Assembly: GCA_025964435.1 (NCBI GenBank)
Contig: JAOPYV010000167.1
Coordinates: 1,419-65,418, forward strand
Length of the DNA: 64,000 nucleotides
Reading direction: 5' to 3'
Source: Thermoleophilia bacterium
Lineage (GTDB): Bacteria; Actinomycetota; Thermoleophilia; Gaiellales; SKUG01
A program made the position numbers and the translations under genes. This document shows, in pieces, positions 55,594-62,515 of the stretch. The notes beneath the pieces are model-generated. The model made no database searches and was not told where the DNA came from. It saw only the letters and a program-made list of their open reading frames with translations. Every line of letters begins with the position of its first letter. Position 1 is the stretch's first letter.

Positions 55594-55630
55594 CTGTCAG
55601 TAACCTGTCACCGCGTGATCGACAGTGATC
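55594..55630 (-). promoter_or_regulatory. Four helically phased hexamers (GATCAC, GATCAC, TGACAG, TGACAG; spacing 10/10/11 nt) upstream of the small ORF-E1 operon
   Basis: The minus strand reads cctGATCACtgtcGATCACgcggTGACAGgttacTGACAGgcg. It overlaps the stop codon of the SARP gene. Confidence 0.5.
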
Positions 55631-57773
55631 AGGTGCCGGGTTCGACGAGCTCGGCGTGCCGGCGCACGAGGGCCAGCGAGGGCGTCAGACCAACGGCGCT
55701 CTGCAGCGCTTCACGGTAGCGATGGAAGGCTGTGGAGCCGTCGGCGAGCCGACCAGCTCGGACGTGCAGCTCGATCTCGCAGGCAGCGACCTGCTCGTCG
55801 AGCGGGTCGAGCCGGACCAGCGCCGCTGCCAGCGTGAGCAGCACCTGGGGGACGTCGACGTGCGCCTCGCTGGACGGGGCTGCCGCCGCGATCCATGCGC
55901 GAAGGACCGCCAACGACGTCTCGACGATCTCGTCGCGCAGGCGACGCTGCCACGTCACGATGATCTCGTCGCCACCGAGGCCTGCCAGGGGAATGCCATC
56001 GGCGAGCGGCACCAGTCGCGTGGCACACGCGACGCTGCCCGCTGCATTGCGAGGATCAAGGGCTGCGACATCTGCCGCGATCCTGCGCAGGTCGCCCACG
56101 TCCGAGCTGTCGCCCTCCGCGAGCACCAGCTCGACCATCAGGTCGCGCGCAGCAACGCTGCGCAGCTCCGTCCCGTCGCCAGCATCGGCACCCAGCACCG
56201 TACGCACGACGCTCAGCACGGTCGAGAGCCGCGCCGAGGCCTGGGCCTGGGTCATGTCGATGCCGTACCAGAGACCTTCGACGAGCACGCCGCGCTCGAT
56301 GCGCCCGCCGCTGGCGACGAGGACGGCCAACACCACGCGCGCCTTGCGCCGCTTGCTCCACAGCGCAGGATCGACGGGCTCGCCGTCGACCAGCACGCGC
56401 AGTCCGCCCAGCACCTCGATACGCACCGACGGAACACGCACCGGCGCCGCGCCTCGCGTGGTCTCGTCCAGGATCTGCCACGGATCCGCGTCCTGGGCAC
56501 CCAGCTCGAACCCCTGCTCCAGGAGCTCGGCACGCGAACGTTCGAGCACGGCCGCCTCACCGAGCACGTGCCCCACGAGCAGCCCACCAAGCGCGGCATA
56601 GACCGGCAGCGCCGCGCGATGTTCCATCGTCAGGGTCGCCAGCTCCGCCGCGAGCTCCCGAGCCCGCGGGACGTTCCCGGCCAGCTGCATGCCCAACACG
56701 GCGAAGTAGATCCAGATCAGTCGCTGCTCCGCATCGGGGGTTCGCTCCCCGAGCAACACTCGCCCGCGCCGGATCGCCGCTTCGACGGCAGGCGTGTCGG
56801 CAGCGATCGCCTCGACGAGCATCAGTGCTGGAAGCGTTGCGCTCAGCTCCAGCGACGACGTGTCGGATTCGGCGCGGGTGGCCAGGGCGAGCTCGGCTCG
56901 GGCGGCGTCGACGCTGCCCAGCACGGCGTGGGCGAGTCCTTCCACGCCATGGAGCCATGCCTCGTACTCGGCCGAGACGACGAGCTGGCCGCGCGTGCGT
57001 GCGATCACGTCGAGTGCAGCCTGTGGTCGGCCGATCAGGATCTGGAAGAAGGCGAGCTCGAGCGTCACGTCGATGAGCAGCAGGCGGCCCACGGAACCGC
57101 GCATCGCTGCGATGCCCGCATGGACCCGCTCCAGCACGAACACCGCTCGACCGGGCTGTCCACCCGACAGCATGAGGTAGCTCCGGGCCCACTGGAACTC
57201 GACGAGCCATCGGGTCTGCGCGGACGTGACGACATCCGGATGTTCAAGCGCGCGCGCCCAGAGCAGGCCCGCCTCAGCCAGCTCGCCGGCTCGCTCTGCC
57301 ATCGTCGCGAAGGTGGCCAGCAGCCTGGGTGGCGCAGGCACATCCGCGTGCCGCTGCAGGATGATGCGCGCCGCATGCCAACCCTTCGCGGCCTCGGACT
57401 CATGCAGCACCCAGGCATTCCACAGTGCGGCGGACTGGTCCGCCCACAGCAGGTTGCCGCGGTGCATGCACGCATCGAGGGCCTCGAGGAAGTTCGCACC
57501 GAGATCCGGTGCCAGCCCGTCGTGCTGCACCTGTCGCGCCACGGCGTGCAGGCAGAGTCGGATCGGGTGCGCGCCGGCCTCGATCATCGGCCGCGGCGTA
57601 TCCGCCAACAGTCGCGCCAAGGGTGGGTCCGTGGCCTGCGCGAGCAGCTCGGTCGCGATGTCCTCGTCCAGCTCGAATGCCGCGATCGCTGCATCGTCGC
57701 CGGTGAGGACGGCCGCGAACGGACCATCCAGTGGCGGGACTGACACGACATCGGTGGCGGGGTTCGGGGTCAT
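55629..57773 (-). CDS. SARP-type regulator with inverted domain order (N-terminal helical/TPR-like region; C-terminal OmpR-type wHTH plus BTAD)
   Basis: The C-terminal ~260 aa read IEVLGGLRVLVDGEPVDPALWSKRRKARVVLAVLVASGG...LSTVLSVVRTVLG (wHTH), then ...LDPLDEQVAACEIELHVRAGRLADGSTAFHRYREALQSAVGLTPS (BTAD). The N-terminal ~450 aa are Leu/Ala-rich helical repeats. No P-loop was seen. Confidence 0.8.
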   Translation of the reverse strand: MTPNPATDVVSVPPLDGPFAAVLTGDDAAIAAFELDEDIATELLAQATDPPLARLLADTPRPMIEAGAHPIRLCLHAVARQVQHDGLAPDLGANFLEALDACMHRGNLLWADQSAALWNAWVLHESEAAKGWHAARIILQRHADVPAPPRLLATFATMAERAGELAEAGLLWARALEHPDVVTSAQTRWLVEFQWARSYLMLSGGQPGRAVFVLERVHAGIAAMRGSVGRLLLIDVTLELAFFQILIGRPQAALDVIARTRGQLVVSAEYEAWLHGVEGLAHAVLGSVDAARAELALATRAESDTSSLELSATLPALMLVEAIAADTPAVEAAIRRGRVLLGERTPDAEQRLIWIYFAVLGMQLAGNVPRARELAAELATLTMEHRAALPVYAALGGLLVGHVLGEAAVLERSRAELLEQGFELGAQDADPWQILDETTRGAAPVRVPSVRIEVLGGLRVLVDGEPVDPALWSKRRKARVVLAVLVASGGRIERGVLVEGLWYGIDMTQAQASARLSTVLSVVRTVLGADAGDGTELRSVAARDLMVELVLAEGDSSDVGDLRRIAADVAALDPRNAAGSVACATRLVPLADGIPLAGLGGDEIIVTWQRRLRDEIVETSLAVLRAWIAAAAPSSEAHVDVPQVLLTLAAALVRLDPLDEQVAACEIELHVRAGRLADGSTAFHRYREALQSAVGLTPSLALVRRHAELVEPGT

Positions 57774-57873
57774 GGAGATACCTGCACGTCGGCGAGACTG
57801 CTACATAAGGGTACGATATGGAGTCCCGTCGGGCGGCGTGGCGCAGCCGATGGCCCCCTCCGGCCCGCGCCGC

Positions 57874-57900
57874 TGACAGACACTGACAGGTTAGTGACAG
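57874..57900 (+). promoter_or_regulatory. Three phased TGACAG direct repeats (spacing 10 and 11 nt) in the divergent region upstream of 57923
   Basis: cgcTGACAGacacTGACAGgttagTGACAGcac. The core TGACAGGTTA(C/G)TGACAG is shared with the site at 55594-55610. Confidence 0.5.
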
Positions 57901-57922
57901 CACGCTCGCCCACGCTGGGTCC

Positions 57923-58195
57923 ATGAGTGATCGCGAGCGACATACCTTCGTGGCCCCCGCCAGCGACGACGGCGAGCACACGGGCATGTCGGCCGAGGAG
58001 TGGCAGACCTGCTCCAAGATCTTCACCGAGGGCCGGCGCATGCGCACGCTCGCTGCGGAGCTTCGCGGACTCGAGGGCCCGCGACTCAACCCCACGGCAC
58101 GCATCGCGCTCGACGAGTACATCCGTGGGATGGAGCGCGCTGGCGCGCTGGGCGACATCGCCGCCGAGGCCCTGGTCGCACGGGGCAGCCGCTGA
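57923..58195 (+). CDS. Hypothetical 90-aa helical protein
   Basis: High GC3. No recognisable motif. First gene of a plus-strand run downstream of the TGACAG repeats. Confidence 0.65.
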   Translation: MSDRERHTFVAPASDDGEHTGMSAEEWQTCSKIFTEGRRMRTLAAELRGLEGPRLNPTARIALDEYIRGMERAGALGDIAAEALVARGSR

Positions 58196-58234
58196 CGCAC
58201 GCATGGGAGCGCGGCACACGGGGAACGCTCCAGT

Positions 58235-58729
58235 GTGGCCGCAGCTCCCGACAACGACGACTTCTTCCAGCAGCCCGCAGATGCGGGCACCGTCGACGCG
58301 ACCCACTCCGAGGTCGCCACCGCGCCGCCGCGGCTCGGCGTGCTGGCGGAGCTGTCGGTCGAGGAGTTCGATTCCGTGGCCCGCTCGGCGCAGCTGACCT
58401 TCGTCGTGCCCGGCGGCACGATCTGCAGCCAGGGCGACCAGGCCGACCGCTTCTTCATCGTCGTCGACGGGACGGTCGAGGTCGAGCGCGATGGCGAGCT
58501 GCTGGCCACGCTGGCCGATGGCGCCTTCTTCGGGGAGAGCGCGTTGCTCGTCGGCGGGCGCCGCTCGGCGACGGTCCGGGCCCTCACGCCCTGCTCGATC
58601 TGGTCGATCGACTACGCCGCCTTCGACGCGGCGGTCGCCCACCACCTGCTCGCCGACGACGAGCACGGGCCCGAGGCCGCACGCCGTATCGATGCGACGC
58701 CGCCGACCGCCTTCGACGAACCCACCTAG
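58235..58729 (+). CDS. Stand-alone cyclic-nucleotide-binding (cNMP/Crp effector) domain protein
   Basis: FFIVVDGTVEVERDGELLATLADGAFFGESALLVGGRRSATVRA matches the cNMP phosphate-binding cassette (FGE..ll....R.ATv.A). No DNA-binding or other output domain. GTG start. Confidence 0.8.
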   Translation: MAAAPDNDDFFQQPADAGTVDATHSEVATAPPRLGVLAELSVEEFDSVARSAQLTFVVPGGTICSQGDQADRFFIVVDGTVEVERDGELLATLADGAFFGESALLVGGRRSATVRALTPCSIWSIDYAAFDAAVAHHLLADDEHGPEAARRIDATPPTAFDEPT

Positions 58730-58777
58730 GCCGCTGGCCGCTTTCGGCCGAAGTGCCTGCGTGCTGCAACAGCCGGG

Positions 58778-59383
58778 GTGCGTGGCCCGATGCAGCAGGC
58801 GATGAGCAGAATCCCCCGCCGCCACCGTCCATCCGCCCTGGATGGCTATAGCCGCCTCGCCCGCACCGGCACTGTCGTGGCCAGCTCGAGCGAACCGTCG
58901 ACACCCGACCTGCGCGATTCGGTCGCCCAGCGTCGCCGTCGCCGTGGTGGCTGGCGCTTTGCCGGCGGCCTGCGCTTCCTCGGGCTCGCAGCCGTCCTGG
59001 TGCTGATCGTCGGCGCCTCTGTCGGCCTGGCCAGCGCCGATCCGCGCGGCGCGCGCACGTCGACCGCAGCGGCAACGCACGAGAAGACGACGCCCGTCGT
59101 TCGCGACGCGGTCGATGCGATCGATTCGATCGAGACACGGGCGGCGGCCGAGAAGCCGAAGGACCCGACGGCGACCGAGCGGGTCGCATCGACGACCGTC
59201 GCTTCTGCCGTGCCCGAGGCTGATGCCATCGTCGCACCAGCCAACGCGCAGCTGCCGGTCACCGGCGACCGGACGATCGAGATGTTCGTCCTCGCAGGAG
59301 CGACGCTGGTCCTGATGGGCATGGCGCTGCAGATCGCCGGGCAGCCGCTGCCCGCACGCGCACGAGCGCGCCGCTCTGCCTGA
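58778..59383 (+). CDS. LPXTG-anchored surface protein (hypothetical)
   Basis: The C-terminus has LPVTGD, a hydrophobic stretch (MFVLAGATLVLMGMAL) and a basic tail (RARARRSA). The N-terminus has RRRRR plus a TM/signal. The start is uncertain. Confidence 0.7.
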   Translation: MRGPMQQAMSRIPRRHRPSALDGYSRLARTGTVVASSSEPSTPDLRDSVAQRRRRRGGWRFAGGLRFLGLAAVLVLIVGASVGLASADPRGARTSTAAATHEKTTPVVRDAVDAIDSIETRAAAEKPKDPTATERVASTTVASAVPEADAIVAPANAQLPVTGDRTIEMFVLAGATLVLMGMALQIAGQPLPARARARRSA

Positions 59384-59460
59384 GCCAGCTGCCCTGAACC
59401 GGATGCGCGCGCCTGCTCGATAGTCCGGTGGACGCGCGAACGGGACGAAGGGCGGACACG

Positions 59461-59766
59461 ATGCAGGCAGGATCACTCGCGAGCTGGGGCCAGCGCGCCG
59501 CCTTCCTCGGTGGCGCAACCGTCGTCGGCGGCCTCGCGCTGCCGGTCTCCGCGGCATTCCTCGACGGCCCGTCGACGGAGCACCTGATCAAGCCCGTGCA
59601 GTTCGGCGCGACCACGGCCATCGGCATCGGCGTCGGCGCTGCTGTCACCGGCATCGGCCTCGGCGGCGCTCACGCGCGAGCCAGCGCAATGGCGATCGGT
59701 GGAGCACTCGGCCTCGCCGGCGCCGCGATCGCCAACCAGGTCTGGGAGAACGTGCTGCTCGGCTAG
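59461..59766 (+). CDS. Small Gly-zipper membrane protein (hypothetical)
   Basis: GAAGGG lies 8 nt upstream of ATG 59461. Three Gly/Ala-rich hydrophobic segments. Its stop shares the CTAG tetranucleotide with the convergent HNH gene stop. Confidence 0.5.
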   Translation: MQAGSLASWGQRAAFLGGATVVGGLALPVSAAFLDGPSTEHLIKPVQFGATTAIGIGVGAAVTGIGLGGAHARASAMAIGGALGLAGAAIANQVWENVLLG

Positions 59767-60164
59767 CGAGCAGGCTCGATCAGCTCGCGCACGCGCTTGG
59801 CCTCGCGCGTCACGTAGTCGCGGATCTTGCGCATGCCGCCATCACGGGCGATCGCGTCGTTGAGGCGGTCGAGCTGGTCAGCGACGAGCTCGGCGTTGGG
59901 GTCCAGGCCTCGGTCGCGACGACTCGACTCGATGTACTGCGACGGCGAATCGTTCCCGCGCTTGCCGTTGCACGAGCCGCACGATGCGACCTCGTTCTCC
60001 AGCCGCGTCGGCCCACCCTTGACCTTCGGCACGATGTGGTCGCGCGTCGGCCGGGCGTTCGGCTTGCTCAGGTCGAAGCCGCACCAGGCGCAGTTGCCGT
60101 CGCCCAGCTCCAGGAGGTGCTCCAGTCGCGCGGCTGGTGACATCTGTCGTGGATCGATTCCCAT
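59763..60164 (-). CDS. HNH endonuclease (133 aa)
   Basis: CAWCG...RPTRDHIVPKVKGGPTRLENEVASCGSCNGKRGN (a CxxC...DH...N...CxxC HNH zinc-finger core). Start at MGIDPRQ. Confidence 0.85.
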   Translation of the reverse strand: MGIDPRQMSPAARLEHLLELGDGNCAWCGFDLSKPNARPTRDHIVPKVKGGPTRLENEVASCGSCNGKRGNDSPSQYIESSRRDRGLDPNAELVADQLDRLNDAIARDGGMRKIRDYVTREAKRVRELIEPAR

Positions 60165-60174
60165 GCGTGTGGTC

Positions 60175-60696
60175 CTACTCGTCTTCGTCGTCGGCTTCGA
60201 TGCGTTCGTCGCCGAACGCGTGGCGGTCGTGGCGACCTTGGTCGTCACCCGCCTCATCATCGCCTACTCCGCGGATCGCCGCGAGCGGGTCGGTCGCGGG
60301 GATGTCCTCGCGCGCCGGTGCCGGCGTCGTCCGCTCGATCGGCGAGGCCTGGCCCGAGCCGGCGACCGCGGCCGCGCCACCAAGCTGCTGCGCCCGATTG
60401 GTCGGGTCGGCCGATCGCGCGCGCTCGATCGCCGCAGCGATCGCGTTGCCGTGCGCCGCAGCGTCGTGCACCGTGGCGCGCATCTGCATGCCGGGCGGCC
60501 CCTGCACGGGATGCTCCAGCTGCGCGTGGACCGCGGCAGCGCCGACGCGTTCGCCGATGTCGACGATCGGCGGGCGCCCGGTCAGCGGTGGGGCGGGCGA
60601 CGCCTGCGGCACGGGTCGTGGAGGCACGACGGGTTCGACCGGGTCACTTCCGATAGCGCCGACTGGTGGGATGGGATCGTCTGGTGCCATGCCCAT
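60175..60696 (-). CDS. Pro-rich, acidic-tailed hypothetical protein
   Basis: Good GC3. It ends 10 nt upstream of the HNH start. There is no recognisable domain. Confidence 0.4.
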   Translation of the reverse strand: MGMAPDDPIPPVGAIGSDPVEPVVPPRPVPQASPAPPLTGRPPIVDIGERVGAAAVHAQLEHPVQGPPGMQMRATVHDAAAHGNAIAAAIERARSADPTNRAQQLGGAAAVAGSGQASPIERTTPAPAREDIPATDPLAAIRGVGDDEAGDDQGRHDRHAFGDERIEADDEDE

Positions 60697-60734
60697 GGTC
60701 TACCCGATGTCGGGCGGGTCGATAGGTTGCCTGC

Positions 60735-61424
60735 ATGCAGATGTGGTGCTTCCAGCATTCCGAGCGTGTCCGTCCCCTCGACGTCGAGCGGTGGGCGACC
60801 GACCGCGGCGTCGAGCTCCAGGTCGTGCGCGTCGACCTCGAGCCGCTGCCCGATCCTGCCGTCGTCGAGCAGCTGATCGTGCTCGGCGGCCAGATGAACA
60901 CCGACCAGGTCGAGCAGCACCCGTGGCTCGATGCCGAACGCGACTTCCTGCGCGCGCTCGTCGCGCGACCGACGCCGCGCATCGTCGGCATCTGCCTCGG
61001 CGCGCAGCTGCTGGCCGAGGTGCTCGGTGGCAGCGTCGGGCGAGCGGAGCATCCCGAGATCGGCTGGCATCGCCTCGAGCTCACCCCTGCCGGGCAGCGC
61101 TCACCCGTCTTCGGCACGCTCGAGCCGAGCTTCGACGCGTTCGAGTGGCACGGCGACGCCTGGACGTTGCCGCCCGGCGCAGAGCTCACCGTCACGGGCG
61201 CGACGTGCGCCACCCAGGCGTTCTCCTGGGACGGTCGCGTGCACGGCGTGCAGTTCCATCCGGAGTTCACTTTCGCGCGCACGACCGAGCTCGCGGCGAC
61301 CACCGCCGACGACCTCACGCGCGGCGGCGCGGTCCAGGCTGCGCATCAGTTCCTCGCCGACCCGACCCGCTTCGACCAGCTCACGTCGAAGCTCGACACG
61401 GTGCTCGACGCTGCGTTCAGCTAG
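60735..61424 (+). CDS. Class I glutamine amidotransferase-like protein
   Basis: Nucleophile elbow GICLGAQLL. The QFHPEF His-Glu pair is typical of GATase1. Confidence 0.85.
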   Translation: MQMWCFQHSERVRPLDVERWATDRGVELQVVRVDLEPLPDPAVVEQLIVLGGQMNTDQVEQHPWLDAERDFLRALVARPTPRIVGICLGAQLLAEVLGGSVGRAEHPEIGWHRLELTPAGQRSPVFGTLEPSFDAFEWHGDAWTLPPGAELTVTGATCATQAFSWDGRVHGVQFHPEFTFARTTELAATTADDLTRGGAVQAAHQFLADPTRFDQLTSKLDTVLDAAFS

Positions 61425-61690
61425 CCGCCGAAGACGACGTTCCACTCGCGGAGCGCGAGCTCGGTGACGACGCCTTCGCGGAAGTACGGGTCCGCCTCGA
61501 CGTAGCTACGTGCGGTCGCCTCGTCGGGCGCGTCGTAGACGAGCAGCGCGCCATCGCCGCTGCCCCACGGCCCGGACATGCGCAGCGCGCCCTGGTCGAG
61601 CAGCACCTGCAGGTGCTCGCGGTGTTCGGGTCGAACGGCCTGGACCGCATCGACGTCGGGGAAGCTGATCTCTCGTGCCCACAAAGCCAT
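61421..61690 (-). CDS. YciI-family protein
   Basis: An 89-aa ORF with YciI-like pattern (RPEHREHL...GPW...GALLVYDA...EADPYF). Confidence 0.75.
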   Translation of the reverse strand: MALWAREISFPDVDAVQAVRPEHREHLQVLLDQGALRMSGPWGSGDGALLVYDAPDEATARSYVEADPYFREGVVTELALREWNVVFGG

Positions 61691-61711
61691 GGCGCGAGCA
61701 TACCCGCGAGC

Positions 61712-62515
61712 TCAGGAGGTGATGTCGCGCCGGTCGAACCACCACCACGCCGCAGCGAGGAACGCGACGACGTAGCAGGTCGATTGCAGCGTGCCGGAGG
61801 CGAGCATCGTCGGGTCGGGTGGGTCGACGAACAGGTCGAGCCACGCATAGGCGTAGTGCGTCGGCAGGAAGTTGCGGGCGTCGCCGAGCGTGGGCACTAC
61901 GTCCAGGATCTGCGAGAGCAGCGCGACGCCGACCGAGCCCGCCACGGCGGCGAGCGGCGCATCGAGCAGCGTCGAGAGCAGCAGGGCGATCGCCGCGAAT
62001 GGCACGAGCGTGACGAACACGTAGAGGGTCGCGAGGGCGAGCCGCCCGGCACCTGCCGCGGCGGGGATCGTGCCCCCGACCGGCGTCTCCAGGTCGTGCC
62101 AGCCGAAGGCGACGAGCCCGCACGCGAGCGACATGCCGACCAGCAGCACGACGGTGATCGCGACGAGCGTCGCCGCGGCGAGCGCCTTGCGCACGAGCAG
62201 CTGTCGCCGTGTCAGCGGCGCCGTCAGCAGGTAGCGCAGCGTTCCCCACGAGGCCTCGCTCGCGATCGCGTCGCCGGCGAACAGCGCTGCGATCGCGACG
62301 AGCAGGAGCGGCGCTGCGAGGTACGTGACGTAGAGCGCGAAGGCGAGCGCGGAGTCGCTGGCGAGGTGCATGAGCTGTGGACTTGCGCCGGGTGTCAGCT
62401 CTGGCGCGCCGCGCACGACGTAGATGAGCGTCAGCAGCAGGGGCACTGCCGCGACGAGCGCGAGCACGACCTGGGTGCGACGACGCACGAGTTGTCGAAT
62501 GAGCTCGTCACGCAT
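61712..62515 (-). CDS. ABC-2-type transporter permease
   Basis: Six TM helices. 8-nt overlap with the upstream ATPase gene. Confidence 0.8.
   Translation of the reverse strand: MRDELIRQLVRRRTQVVLALVAAVPLLLTLIYVVRGAPELTPGASPQLMHLASDSALAFALYVTYLAAPLLLVAIAALFAGDAIASEASWGTLRYLLTAPLTRRQLLVRKALAAATLVAITVVLLVGMSLACGLVAFGWHDLETPVGGTIPAAAGAGRLALATLYVFVTLVPFAAIALLLSTLLDAPLAAVAGSVGVALLSQILDVVPTLGDARNFLPTHYAYAWLDLFVDPPDPTMLASGTLQSTCYVVAFLAAAWWWFDRRDITS

Noticed and set aside
55416-55628. A search for a microcin-C-type heptapeptide (M-x5-N-stop) or a GG-terminated ThiS/MoaD-like ORF upstream of the E1 gene
   Set aside because: The only other minus-strand mini-ORFs are MRALE-stop, V-T-G-Y-stop and a 14-codon GTG ORF ending ...MRALE. 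None ends in Asn or Gly-Gly.
55656-57743. 695-aa plus-strand ORF opposite the SARP gene, and the 595-aa minus-strand ORF 57770..59557 opposite the cNMP/LPXTG genes
   Set aside because: The opposite-strand frames carry the recognisable domains (wHTH-BTAD; cNMP cassette; LPXTG signal) and the GC3 bias. These ORFs are Arg/His/Gly-rich noise.
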